DNA of 64,000 bases from Psychrilyobacter sp. (GCF_037132775.1 NZ_JBAHZY010000140.1:37384-101383), one strand, 5' to 3'. Shown: positions 20,497-30,756, numbered from the stretch's first letter. The notes: a model not told the origin generated them from the letters alone. Program-made: numbers and translations.

Positions 20497-23439
20497 CTAT
20501 TCTTTTATTATTTTTTCTTCTTCTACTTTTTCTTGGTTTTTTTCAGTATTTAACTGTGCCGTTTTTTCTTTTTTTTCAATAAAATATAAAGTATACCCTT
20601 CTGCCACTTCTTCATTCGCTATCAAAAATTCATCATAATATCTCTTAGCTTCCTCTATTTTTTCTTCATTTAGGTTTATCACCAATAGTTTTTCCAATAC
20701 TAGCCCTCTGTACTTACTTTCAGGATAAGTTTCGTAAAACTCTTCATAAGTTTTTTTAGCTTTTTCATCTGCTTTCTGAATCTCATAAGTCGTTGCAATC
20801 TTTAATTTTGCCGCTTCCCTTAGACTACTCTTTTCATATAAAAGCTCTACCTTCATAAAGTTTCTAAGTGCCTTACTGTAATCCTTTGATTTAAAGTATA
20901 TCTGCCCTATACGATATGTAGCAGTATCTTTATATGGACCATCTTCTACATCCAATATATTTTCATAATATTTTTTTGACTCATCATAGTTTTTTTCCTT
21001 ATAGTAATAAGTTGCTAAATTAAAGTTCACCTTACTTCCATACTCTACATTATCTATCAATTCTTTATATTCTACTATAGCTAGATCTGTCTTCCCTTGT
21101 TTTTCATAGATAAGTGCCGACAAATATATTTTTTCATTGGAATCACTTATTTTTTCCTTCCATAGGTTAGCATTTTCATAGTCATCCACGTTATAATATA
21201 AGGTTGTAAGCTCCTTAGCAGTTTTATTTTTTAGCTTTTCATCAGCTGTTTCTTGATATATCTTTATATACGTTTTAGCTGCATTCTTTGTATCATTTAA
21301 TTTAAAATATGCATCAGCCCTATAAAAATTAACATCTGCTATATAGTTACTCTCTGGATATTCTAAATTGAATTCCTCACTTATTTTAATCACATCTTCA
21401 TAATTTTCTTGGGTATAAAGGATATTTATCCCCCAATACAGAGATACTATTGCATATTTGCCATTTTTATTTTCTTCATAGAGATCGTTGTACCCTTTAA
21501 AAGATAGATCAAACTTCCCCTCATTATAATATGTCTCAGCTATTTGAAAGCTACTATATTCCTTATATTTGGAATTTTTTCCTAATTCAGAAAATATTCC
21601 CCTGGCCTTTTGATATTTCCCTAGTCTAAAGTTCGAAAGGGCTTCTAAATCCATCACTTCATTTTTATATCTTTTGTATTCTTTCACTGCAAAATATTGT
21701 CTTGCAGATTTTATAGCATCTCCATAATTTTTAGCAGCAAAATGAGCTTTTACTAAATTGTAGTTAGATTTTTCTTTTTGAAATAAATTTGCATCTTTTC
21801 CTGTTATTACACCTTCAAATTTTTCTATTGCTTTTTCATATTGTGTAAGTCCTAGGTATGCAACTCCTAAAAGATATCTATTTTCTGCTGTTTTAGGCTG
21901 AGGAGTCAGATAAATTATTAATTCCTTATAACTTCCAGCTGCTACTAAGATAGTTATTAAATTTTCTGAAATTTTAGTATCATTGTAGGATCTCAGGTAT
22001 TCTTTATAAGTATCTTTAGCTCCTTTTGTATCCCCACCTTTATAATATGTATTCCCAACTATAAGGTAGATCTTTTGTCTATACTCTATATCTGTAGAAA
22101 ACTTAGTTCTATATTCATTGAATCTTAATCTTGTGTTCTTCAAATCTTTTAATTTACTGTTAACCAAGATCAGTTGATAAAGGCCTTCCTTACTTTGTGT
22201 TCTATTGTATACGTCAGTATAATAAGTCCTAGATTTTTTATAGTTTTTTGTTTCAAAATATGATTTCCCCAAAAAGAGATCTATATTGCTTTTGTATTCC
22301 CTCTTCATCTTCGATTCATCATAAGCTTTTAAATTTTTTATCACTTCACTATATTTTTTAGCTCTAAAATCTATCAATGCCATATAGTAGATTCCTTCGG
22401 AATTTAAATTTGTTCTCAGAAGATTTTTAAAAGTTTTTTTTGATTGTTCAACTAACTTTTTACCCTCTGTACCACCCTTTGACTCTCCTACTTTGAACAT
22501 ACTAAAGGCTGATCCATATATAACTTTAGCATCGTTAGAATTATTTACTAGTTCGTAATATTTCATAGACGTCTCATAATTTTTTTGAGCAAAATAATAA
22601 TTAGCTAAAAGTATATTAGCTTTTCCCTCATTGTTTCCACCCATTAATTTCTTATAGTATTCATCTGCTTTTGTCATCTCTTCATTAGATAGATAGATAT
22701 CCAAAAGACCGTATCTTACATCCGCTATATATTCACTCTGAGGATAATTTGTCTCTACCTCTATTAATTTTTTTATAGCTAGATCATTGTTGCCCAGCTT
22801 ATATTGATTCATTCCATACATATAACTGGCTAACTCTATATTTTTTCCCTCAGTTGATCCCTTTAAATATTCATCTAAATAGATGGTACTATTCACATAT
22901 TCCTTGTTATTGTAAGACGACAGAGATATATATAGGAGAGCATCTTTTGATCTTGTAGGTTTAGTAATAAGATACTTAAAAGTTTTTTTAGCCTCTTCAT
23001 ATCTGCCATTTTCATAGTAGGATATTCCCAGATAATAGACAGCATCTATTTTTTTAAGAGAATTTTTATTTATTAAGTTGATCTCTTTTTTTGCTCCATT
23101 ATAATCCTTTAGATAGATTAAATTTCTAGCTAAATAATAATGTGCTTCATCTTTTTCATCTCTTTTTAATTTTTCCAATTTTAAATATTGATTAAAATAA
23201 GTTGCAGAACTCTTATAGTTTTTATCTAGGTATAGAGTCTTAGATAGTCTCTCCAGTGCTACTTTTTGATACCTGCTGTCAGGGTATTTCCCTACAAAGG
23301 TTTTCAATTCATCTGTAGCCATGGAATATTCTTTGGCTTCGTATAATTTATCAATGTATTTCATATCATCTCTATCTGTAGCAAAAATTTGACTCCCTAT
23401 TACAATCAAAAGGGACAAAATAAATAATTTTTTTTTCAT
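20497..23439 (-). CDS. Large exported tetratricopeptide-repeat protein (BamD/CpoB-like repeats)
   Basis: Signal peptide; many TPR-like units (A.Y.LG..YY....Y..A) and YPdS/YPeS turns. Confidence 0.9.
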   Translation of the reverse strand: MKKKLFILSLLIVIGSQIFATDRDDMKYIDKLYEAKEYSMATDELKTFVGKYPDSRYQKVALERLSKTLYLDKNYKSSATYFNQYLKLEKLKRDEKDEAHYYLARNLIYLKDYNGAKKEINLINKNSLKKIDAVYYLGISYYENGRYEEAKKTFKYLITKPTRSKDALLYISLSSYNNKEYVNSTIYLDEYLKGSTEGKNIELASYMYGMNQYKLGNNDLAIKKLIEVETNYPQSEYIADVRYGLLDIYLSNEEMTKADEYYKKLMGGNNEGKANILLANYYFAQKNYETSMKYYELVNNSNDAKVIYGSAFSMFKVGESKGGTEGKKLVEQSKKTFKNLLRTNLNSEGIYYMALIDFRAKKYSEVIKNLKAYDESKMKREYKSNIDLFLGKSYFETKNYKKSRTYYTDVYNRTQSKEGLYQLILVNSKLKDLKNTRLRFNEYRTKFSTDIEYRQKIYLIVGNTYYKGGDTKGAKDTYKEYLRSYNDTKISENLITILVAAGSYKELIIYLTPQPKTAENRYLLGVAYLGLTQYEKAIEKFEGVITGKDANLFQKEKSNYNLVKAHFAAKNYGDAIKSARQYFAVKEYKRYKNEVMDLEALSNFRLGKYQKARGIFSELGKNSKYKEYSSFQIAETYYNEGKFDLSFKGYNDLYEENKNGKYAIVSLYWGINILYTQENYEDVIKISEEFNLEYPESNYIADVNFYRADAYFKLNDTKNAAKTYIKIYQETADEKLKNKTAKELTTLYYNVDDYENANLWKEKISDSNEKIYLSALIYEKQGKTDLAIVEYKELIDNVEYGSKVNFNLATYYYKEKNYDESKKYYENILDVEDGPYKDTATYRIGQIYFKSKDYSKALRNFMKVELLYEKSSLREAAKLKIATTYEIQKADEKAKKTYEEFYETYPESKYRGLVLEKLLVINLNEEKIEEAKRYYDEFLIANEEVAEGYTLYFIEKKEKTAQLNTEKNQEKVEEEKIIKE

Positions 23440-23448
23440 GAATTTCTC

Positions 23449-23979
23449 CTATCTTAATTTTTTAAGTACACTCTCAATCTCTTTAATTGAAAGGTCGGTA
23501 TTAAAACATGGCCCATTTATTTTTTTATTGAATACACCGTATACAGACATTGGAAAAGCATCATAGATTCCTGCTACTAAATCTCTTTCACAGGCTACAG
23601 CTATTACAAGTTTTGGTTTTGTTTCTTTCAAAAACTTACGAGCTAATGTCCCTCCAGTAGCAATTTTAGCTTTTATGTCATATTCCCTCTGTAATTTTAG
23701 TATATCTCCTACTTTGCACTTCCCGCATTCCTTACAATTTCCCACTGTGGATGTCACCTTTAACGGACATTCATAGTTTTGAATACAATGAGGAAGTAAG
23801 ATCGACACCCTATTTGCTGGTGTATCCTTACATCGTTTTAACACAACATTATTATTAAAACGGATAAATATCTTGGAGACCTTACTATTTTCAATCTCTT
23901 CTTTGGAAAATTTTCTAGCTATGATCACTAGAAGGTAAAATATGAGATATACCCACCTTAAAATAACTAATTTCAACAT
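23449..23979 (-). CDS. DUF116 family Cys-rich membrane-associated protein
   Basis: LLPHCIQ...C, C..CGKC, ATGGTLAR, AVACERDL, GPC.NT. Confidence 0.88.
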   Translation of the reverse strand: MLKLVILRWVYLIFYLLVIIARKFSKEEIENSKVSKIFIRFNNNVVLKRCKDTPANRVSILLPHCIQNYECPLKVTSTVGNCKECGKCKVGDILKLQREYDIKAKIATGGTLARKFLKETKPKLVIAVACERDLVAGIYDAFPMSVYGVFNKKINGPCFNTDLSIKEIESVLKKLR

Positions 23980-24062
23980 ATTATCTTCTCCATCAGGTCT
24001 ATAGATAAAAACCTTTATAAACCTTATTTAATCAAGGTATTCTTACGCATGGTACTCTTATC

Positions 24063-24091
24063 AGTATATCATATTAAAATTACACCGTCAA
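24063..24091 (-). promoter_or_regulatory. Sigma-70 promoter for the DUF116-TPR-exbBD operon
   Basis: TTGACG-17 bp-TATACT with extended -10 TG on the minus strand. Confidence 0.7.
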
Positions 24092-24123
24092 AAAAAGCTC
24101 AAATTTTAACCAAAACTTGAGCT
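24090..24123 (-). terminator. Terminator after dnaN
   Basis: agctcaagtttt-ggtt-aaaatttgagct followed by T-run (minus strand). Confidence 0.75.
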
Positions 24124-24134
24124 CACTTATATTT

Positions 24135-25247
24135 TTAATCTTTTAATGCTAAAGGCATCACTAGATATTTAAAATTCTTTTCATTTTCTATCGTTAATTC
24201 TACAGCACCACAAGATGTCGATAGACTCAATGTAACATTTTTCCCCTTCTCTACAAAAGAAAGATAATCCAATAAAAACTTTACATTAAGAGAAATTTTC
24301 AGATCTTCTCCCTCTTTTTTTATCCCTATAGTTTCATTAATTTTAGCAATTTCTGATATCCCACTTACCTCTAAAATATCACCTTTAAATTCAAATATCC
24401 CACTATTTTTAGATTCTGCATTATTTCTTACAAAGATCTGAACCCTCTTAAGAATATTTTTAAATTCAGCTGAATCTATTAAAACTTCTTTGTTGTATCC
24501 TGTTGCACTTAATATCCCATCATAATCTGGAAATGGTAGATCAATTACTCTAGTTAATATTTCAGTTTCTCCCACTATGAATTTAACTTGATTTCCTTCA
24601 TATGCAAAGGTAATATCCTTTACTTTTTTTGAAACTAAAATTTTTATCATGGCTTCTACACTTTTTAGAGGGATACTAACCTTTAATTTCCCATCTAAGT
24701 CTACTTGTTCAGTTATATAAACTAGTCTGTATGTATCTGTTGATATTAATTTCAACATTCCACCTTCTAATTCCATCCTAAGACAATTTATAGATATATT
24801 ATCTGTAGTTTGAGAAGCTGCAAACTTTGATTTTTCCAATAAGTTTACAAAGATTTCTGTAGACAGATTATACTCTTTTCCTCCTTGAAATCCTCTGATT
24901 TTTGGATATTCATCAGCATCAAAAACAGAAAATTCAGAAGATGAATCTTCTGTTTCGATTAAAAGAGTTCCTTTATCTATACTAAGAGTTACCTCTGGAT
25001 CACTAATCTCTTTTAGATATTCTTCCACCAATTGATGGGAAAATACCAGGTTTCCACCCTTGATTACCTCTCCTTCCATCTTAGATGTAACTGTTAATTC
25101 TAAATTTGTTCCCTTTAAAATTATCGTGGAGTCAACAGCCTCCATATACACGCCTGAAATAATAGGCCTTATTTTATTTTCCGTGATAGCCTTACTCACT
25201 ATCCTTAAAGTTTTTAAAAATTCTTGTTTATTTACTTTTATTTTCAA
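24135..25247 (-). CDS. dnaN: DNA polymerase III beta sliding clamp
   Basis: GTNLE, STDTYRL, FPDY, LNVKFLLD, YLVMPL; probable TTG start at 25247 after GGGAGG. Confidence 0.96.
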   Translation of the reverse strand: MKIKVNKQEFLKTLRIVSKAITENKIRPIISGVYMEAVDSTIILKGTNLELTVTSKMEGEVIKGGNLVFSHQLVEEYLKEISDPEVTLSIDKGTLLIETEDSSSEFSVFDADEYPKIRGFQGGKEYNLSTEIFVNLLEKSKFAASQTTDNISINCLRMELEGGMLKLISTDTYRLVYITEQVDLDGKLKVSIPLKSVEAMIKILVSKKVKDITFAYEGNQVKFIVGETEILTRVIDLPFPDYDGILSATGYNKEVLIDSAEFKNILKRVQIFVRNNAESKNSGIFEFKGDILEVSGISEIAKINETIGIKKEGEDLKISLNVKFLLDYLSFVEKGKNVTLSLSTSCGAVELTIENEKNFKYLVMPLALKD

Positions 25248-25418
25248 TTTTACCTCCCATATGCTCAACTCCTTTATCAATCTTTGGTTTCTATTACTTT
25301 ACATTTAGGAAATTCTTTTTAACTACACGAATCCCCTAACATTCGTAACCTCATGAAACCATAAAAAAGAAGAATCTAATTTAATTCATTTTACCACATC
25401 TCTCATTAAAATTAAAGA

Positions 25419-25443
25419 TTCCCCACCAAAAAAAGGCGGGGAA
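25419..25443 (-). terminator. Terminator-like hairpin after the sigma factor gene
   Basis: ttccccgcc-ttttttt-ggtggggaa then tcttt (minus strand). Confidence 0.7.
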
Positions 25444-25449
25444 CTTACA

Positions 25450-26277
25450 TTAATTAAATAAATAGGGTCTCAATTCCTCACTAAATCTTGTTTTAAGTTT
25501 TAATAAGGTTTTTTTCTCAATCTGTCTCACTCTTTCTCTAGTAATATTAAATGTCTTACCAATCTCTTCTAAAGTATGGATATCATACCCATCTATTCCA
25601 TACCTTAATTTTACTATCTCTTTTTCACGAGGTTTCAGAGCATCTAACATCTTAATGATCTCTTCCCTTCCTATTCCTCTCAAAACTTGATTTTCAAGAG
25701 ACTGTTCCTCAGGTTGACTTATGGTGTCTTCTAAGAAAATATCCTCTCCTATAGAAGCATTCAAAGACATCAGATCTTGAAATTCTAACATTACTTTTTG
25801 AATCTTATCCTCCGGCATATCTAAGCCCTTTGATATTTCATTAAAATTAGGGTATTTACTGGTTTTCATCACATGATTCATAATATATTTATTTACTTTA
25901 TTCAACATATCATATTTATAAGATGGAATTCTTATTTCCCTTCCCTTACTAATAATAGACTTAGTTATAGATTGTTTAATCCACCAAACTGCATAGGTTG
26001 AAAACCTAAACCCCTTCTCTACATCAAATTTCTTAATAGCATGAATAAGCCCAAAATTACCTTCACTGATAAGGTCCATTAAACCCAGTCCTTTTCTAGT
26101 ATATCTTTTGGCTACATTCACTACCAACCGTAAGTTAGACAAAATTAATTTTTCCTTAGATTCCTCACAATCATTTTTAGCTGCTATAAGTAACTTTAAT
26201 TCCTCTTCCTTTGTCAAAATTTCATACTGCCTAATATCTTTTAAATATAAAGATACTAAATCTTTTGTTCTTTCCAT
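25450..26277 (-). CDS. RpoD/RpoS-like sigma-70 factor without region 1.1
   Basis: DLVSLYLKDI (1.2), SNLRLVV, DLISEGNFGL, RFSTYAVWWIKQ (2), TLEEIG..FNITRERVRQIE (4). Confidence 0.93.
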   Translation of the reverse strand: MERTKDLVSLYLKDIRQYEILTKEEELKLLIAAKNDCEESKEKLILSNLRLVVNVAKRYTRKGLGLMDLISEGNFGLIHAIKKFDVEKGFRFSTYAVWWIKQSITKSIISKGREIRIPSYKYDMLNKVNKYIMNHVMKTSKYPNFNEISKGLDMPEDKIQKVMLEFQDLMSLNASIGEDIFLEDTISQPEEQSLENQVLRGIGREEIIKMLDALKPREKEIVKLRYGIDGYDIHTLEEIGKTFNITRERVRQIEKKTLLKLKTRFSEELRPYLFN

Positions 26278-26296
26278 AGTCTCATCATCCTTAGTT

Positions 26297-27295
26297 TTAA
26301 AATTCTCTCTTTAAGTCTCTAGTCATCAATTCTTTAACCATTTCAGTTGCTAATTTATCTTCATATAATACCTTGTAGACACCTTCTAATATTGGCATTG
26401 ACACCTTCTTCTTTTGAGCTAATTCGTAAACGGCTTTCACAGTCGGTACTCCTTCAGCTACCATTTCCATCTCATCTAAGATCTCTTGTAATTTTTTTCC
26501 TTCACCTAGTTTTTGTCCCACATATCTATTTCTGCTATGAGTACTAGCACATGTCACTATCAAGTCTCCCATTCCAGTAAGCCCTGAAAAAGTCTCTGTT
26601 TTAGCGCCTAAAGCCTCACCGAATCTTACTATTTCTGCTAAACCTCTAGTTATAAGAGCTGCTTTTGTATTGTCTCCAAATCCCATTCCATCAGCTATAC
26701 CAGCAGCTATTGCAATACCATTTTTTACAGCCCCGCCTAATTCTACCCCGATAATATCATTGCTCTCATACACTCTAAAACTTTCTGTATTAAATAATTC
26801 TTGTATTTTTTTAGCACAGCCAGATTCTCCAGCAGCTACTATTGTAGATGGAAGATTTTTAGCAACTTCCTCTGCATGGGTAGGACCAGAAAGGATTACA
26901 ATATTTTTATGAAACTTACCCAATATTTCATCCTTAATCACTTGGGATAATCTCATCCCTGTAGATATCTCTATCCCTTTAGCAGTGTTAACGATTATTG
27001 TTTTTTCTGTCAATTGATTACTGATCTTGCCTATAACAGATCTCAACACTTGAGATGGTACAGACATGATAAGGTATTCTGCCCCATCTAGTAACCCTTC
27101 TACCTCAGATGTCACCTGTAAAGTTTCTGGAAATTTAGCATTGGATAAAAACTTATTATTTACCCTGCTTTTTTGCAACAATTTTGCCCTCTCTTCGTTG
27201 TAATCCCATAGGGTTACCTCATTTCCTTTAGACGCTATAATCCTAGCAAGAGCTGTTCCCCAAGAACCTGCTCCCATAACTACAATTTTCCCCAT
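26297..27295 (-). CDS. gpsA: Glycerol-3-phosphate dehydrogenase NAD(P)+
   Basis: GAGSWGTALA, KGIE, SGPTHAEEV, GGAVKN, GDLIVTC.S.HSRN. Confidence 0.97.
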   Translation of the reverse strand: MGKIVVMGAGSWGTALARIIASKGNEVTLWDYNEERAKLLQKSRVNNKFLSNAKFPETLQVTSEVEGLLDGAEYLIMSVPSQVLRSVIGKISNQLTEKTIIVNTAKGIEISTGMRLSQVIKDEILGKFHKNIVILSGPTHAEEVAKNLPSTIVAAGESGCAKKIQELFNTESFRVYESNDIIGVELGGAVKNGIAIAAGIADGMGFGDNTKAALITRGLAEIVRFGEALGAKTETFSGLTGMGDLIVTCASTHSRNRYVGQKLGEGKKLQEILDEMEMVAEGVPTVKAVYELAQKKKVSMPILEGVYKVLYEDKLATEMVKELMTRDLKREF

Positions 27296-27342
27296 AATTT
27301 ACTCCCTTTTTAAAATCATTTGAAATATTTTATTTGTTAAAA

Positions 27343-27954
27343 TTATTTTTTAGCTCCAAATTTATTTTCATTCCCATGCAACAATCTCTGGATATTACTT
27401 CTATGCTTGAATATCACAAATAAAGCTATTATAAGGGCAAACCCAAAGATATTCCATTTCCCTAGTTCTTCATTTACAGGCATAAACATTACTAATATCG
27501 GAAATAATCCTGCTGCTGATATAGAAGCCAAAGATACATATTTAGTTGAAAATGCAATCAGTATAAATACAACCACTAAAATTAAAACTATATTTGGAAC
27601 TAAGTATAAAAATACTCCTAAACTAGTAGCTACACCTTTCCCGCCTTTAAATTTTAAAAATATCGACAGGGTATGACCAACTATTGTCACTAAGCCTACC
27701 AAAATAAGCTGCCATCCAGTTATTCCGGCTAAACTTGCTAGAAAAATCGGTAAATATCCCTTTAAGGCATCTGCTAAAAGAACAATTATCCCATACTGTA
27801 ACCCAAGTACCCTGTAAGCATTGGTTGCACCGGTATTTTTACTCCCATGCTCCCTGATATCTATACCTTTGAATTTTTTTCCTATGACTACACCTGTTGG
27901 AATAGATCCCATGAAATAAGCTATGATCAAAAAAATTATCAATTTAACTTCCAT
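27343..27954 (-). CDS. plsY: Glycerol-3-phosphate acyltransferase PlsY
   Basis: GSIP.G, GSKNTGATN..R, DALKG, FKGGKGVAT, HRSNI.RL. Confidence 0.97.
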   Translation of the reverse strand: MEVKLIIFLIIAYFMGSIPTGVVIGKKFKGIDIREHGSKNTGATNAYRVLGLQYGIIVLLADALKGYLPIFLASLAGITGWQLILVGLVTIVGHTLSIFLKFKGGKGVATSLGVFLYLVPNIVLILVVVFILIAFSTKYVSLASISAAGLFPILVMFMPVNEELGKWNIFGFALIIALFVIFKHRSNIQRLLHGNENKFGAKK

Positions 27955-27982
27955 ATCTCCTCCTGCATAGATAATTTATGAA

Positions 27983-29341
27983 TTATCCCTTCTTTTTAAA
28001 TTTACCTACTACCTCGATATGACTGGTATTAGGAAACATATCTAATGGACAAACTTTGGTCAACAGATATCCCTCTCTCTCTAATATCTGCGTATCTCTA
28101 GCAAATGTTGAAGGGTTACATGATATGTATACCACTTCTTTTATCTCCGTTTCAGATAATTTTTCCAATATATTCTGTGCTACTCCCTTTCTAGGAGGAT
28201 CAAATATTATTGAATCTATTTGATTACCTGCTTCGATTAGTTCAATTAATTTTTCCTCAGCTTTACCATTTATAAATTCTATATTTTCTATCTTATTTTC
28301 TACACTTGTTTTTAACGCAGCTCTTGTTGCTGATTCCACTATCTCTATAGCATAGACCTTGTTAGCATCTTTTGATAAGATCATAGCAATAGTTCCTGTT
28401 CCTGAATAGGCATCTACTATATTTTTATTTTTTATATTATCAAAATAAGAGATCGCCTTCTCATATAGTTTTTTAGTCTGTTCTATGTTGATTTGAAAAA
28501 ATGATGTAGGAGATATATTAAACTCAATTCCATACAGTTCTTCCTTAATATATTTTTCTCCAAATAGATGGATATTTTGCTCACCTAAAGCGAAATTTGT
28601 TCTTTTATTATTAATTGAAACATAAACAGACTTGACCTTATCATTCTCATTATACAGAGTGTTTAGAACCCCTTCTATTTTTGAATCTACTTTCCCTTTA
28701 ATTATGAGTACAACCATAGCTTCATTAAATGAAGTTGTCCTAACCATTATGTGCCTCAATATCCCTTTATGAGCTTTTTCATTATATACACTTAATTTAG
28801 CTTCATTTAGGAGCTCTTTAATCCTAGATATGATTTCATTTGAAAGTTTGGATTGAAGAAAATTTTCATCCACTTCAAAAACTTCGTGAGATCTTCTTTT
28901 AAAGAATCCTGATATTACTTTTCCGTTTTTACGGGCAAAAGGTTCAATCACTTTATTTCTATAGTTAAATTGATTTTCTGCTCCTACGGTATCTAATATT
29001 TCTACATTATTTAATTCTACCTTTCCTACACTAGAAAGCACATCTTCTACCATGAGTTTTTTATATTTTAACTGTTCATCATACTTAAGCATAGCAAAAT
29101 CACAGCCCTGATAATCTTCAAAACTTATTTTGTTTCCCTCTACTCTATCCGTTCCAGGTGTTATTATCTTCTTTATAAGAGCTCTTCCGTATGTTTTTTT
29201 TAATGAAATTATCTCTACTTCCAAAACATCTCCAGGAACAGACATTGGTACAAAAATAACTAGATCACCATAATATCCTAATCCTTCTCCACCAAAAATT
29301 ATCTTATCTATTTTAATTTCTACTATATTTCCTTTTTTCAA
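27983..29341 (-). CDS. rlmD: 23S rRNA m5U1939 methyltransferase
   Basis: TRAM domain, SFFQIN, DAYSGTG, DPPRKG, YISCNPSTFARD, DMFP.T.HIE; TTG start. Confidence 0.93.
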   Translation of the reverse strand: MKKGNIVEIKIDKIIFGGEGLGYYGDLVIFVPMSVPGDVLEVEIISLKKTYGRALIKKIITPGTDRVEGNKISFEDYQGCDFAMLKYDEQLKYKKLMVEDVLSSVGKVELNNVEILDTVGAENQFNYRNKVIEPFARKNGKVISGFFKRRSHEVFEVDENFLQSKLSNEIISRIKELLNEAKLSVYNEKAHKGILRHIMVRTTSFNEAMVVLIIKGKVDSKIEGVLNTLYNENDKVKSVYVSINNKRTNFALGEQNIHLFGEKYIKEELYGIEFNISPTSFFQINIEQTKKLYEKAISYFDNIKNKNIVDAYSGTGTIAMILSKDANKVYAIEIVESATRAALKTSVENKIENIEFINGKAEEKLIELIEAGNQIDSIIFDPPRKGVAQNILEKLSETEIKEVVYISCNPSTFARDTQILEREGYLLTKVCPLDMFPNTSHIEVVGKFKKKG

Positions 29342-29387
29342 TTTTTACCCCTTTTTATAATAAATTTTACTGTCACACTACTTACTC

Positions 29388-29416
29388 ATAATACAACCTA
29401 AAGTAACCAAAGTCAA
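29388..29416 (-). promoter_or_regulatory. Sigma-70 promoter upstream of rlmD
   Basis: TTGACT-17 bp-TATTAT (minus strand). Confidence 0.6.
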
Positions 29417-29434
29417 GTTTCAAACCTTTTTATT

Positions 29435-29722
29435 TCATTTTGAAACACTTTTTTTTATTTTGACATGGTTAATGGTGTTAGAAATTTTCATCCCAATCTC
29501 TTCCTCGGCATATTTTTTCATTGTATTTAAGTCCATTTTTTCTGCCAATTTTATTTTTTCTCTAGATACTTCCTTTTGTAGATTCAGATTTTTGTTTTTT
29601 TGTACCTTGATCTCCTTACTCACTCTGACTGCCTTTATAGTATCATGTAGGCGTAAGCCTTCCATAAAAATTAAAAAAATTATCGGTAACAAAACCATTA
29701 ATATTTTCTTTTTTTGTTTCAT
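29435..29722 (-). CDS. FtsL-like cell division protein
   Basis: Single TM plus coiled coil ending A.EEIGM; overlaps rsmH stop, the usual ftsL position. Confidence 0.65.
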   Translation of the reverse strand: MKQKKKILMVLLPIIFLIFMEGLRLHDTIKAVRVSKEIKVQKNKNLNLQKEVSREKIKLAEKMDLNTMKKYAEEEIGMKISNTINHVKIKKSVSK

Positions 29723-30660
29723 AATTTTTCTACTACTCTCAATTTAGACGAATGTGATCTAGTATTAAATACTAGCTCATCCGTATTAGGAATAATTGGT
29801 TTTCTTGTTATACGTTTCACCGTAGCTTTATGATTGCATTGACAAACCAATAGATGCGATGGGCAGATACAATCTGTAGATAATTCTTTAAATTTTTGTT
29901 TCACTATTCTATCTTCTAATGAGTGAAAGGTGATTATAGCTAATCTACCCCCTGGTTTCAGTAAGTTTACTGCTTTATCAATTACATTTTTAAGAACATC
30001 TAATTCCTTATTAACTTCTATCCTTATAGCTTGGAATGTTTTTTTAGCAGGATGTTTCTTAGGATGTCCTTTGATGGCTTTTTTTATTACTGTTACCAAA
30101 TCCCCAGTGGTTTCTATAGCTTTCTCTGCTCTGTTATAAACTATATATTTAGCTATCTTTCTGGCGTATCTTTCTTCACCATACTCATATATAATCCTTG
30201 AGATCTCCTCTTCCTCATAGTTGTTTATAACTTCATAGGCTGAAATAGGCATATTTTTATCCATTCTCATATCCAAACGAGTATTATATTTATATGAAAA
30301 CCCTCTTTCAGGATCATTTAGTTGTTTAGAAGAAACTCCTATATCCATCATTATTCCATCTACTTTATCGTACCCTGCCATATATACTACACTATCCATC
30401 TCCTGAAAGTTAGATTTAAATATTTTCACTTTATCTCCATATTTTTCCAATCTTTCCCCTGCAAAATCAATGGCATTTTGATCTTGATCTATAGAAATTA
30501 ATACACCTTTTTCCGAAAGTCTTTTCACTATTCCTTCTGAATGACCTCCTCCACCTAATGTCCCGTCTACATATATCCCATCTATATTAGTAACTAGGTT
30601 ATCTAAAGTTTCTTCATATAATACAGGTATATGGTATTCACACTCTATCTCTTTATGCAT
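29719..30660 (-). CDS. rsmH: 16S rRNA m4C1402 methyltransferase
   Basis: HIPVL, DGTLGGGGHS, DIGVSS, LDMRMD, FQAIRIEVN, FHSLEDR. Confidence 0.98.
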   Translation of the reverse strand: MHKEIECEYHIPVLYEETLDNLVTNIDGIYVDGTLGGGGHSEGIVKRLSEKGVLISIDQDQNAIDFAGERLEKYGDKVKIFKSNFQEMDSVVYMAGYDKVDGIMMDIGVSSKQLNDPERGFSYKYNTRLDMRMDKNMPISAYEVINNYEEEEISRIIYEYGEERYARKIAKYIVYNRAEKAIETTGDLVTVIKKAIKGHPKKHPAKKTFQAIRIEVNKELDVLKNVIDKAVNLLKPGGRLAIITFHSLEDRIVKQKFKELSTDCICPSHLLVCQCNHKATVKRITRKPIIPNTDELVFNTRSHSSKLRVVEKL

Positions 30661-30731
30661 CTTTCCTCCTACTAAACTTTCAATCTACTTTTCTGTCTAA
30701 TTTTTTTAATTTTTAATTTTAAAGATAAGAA

Positions 30732-30756
30732 GTCTGCCCGCCTTTGGCGGGCAGAC
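30732..30756. repeat. GC-rich perfect hairpin (REP-like element or terminator)
   Basis: gtctgcccgcc-ttt-ggcgggcagac, 11 bp stem. Confidence 0.75.
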
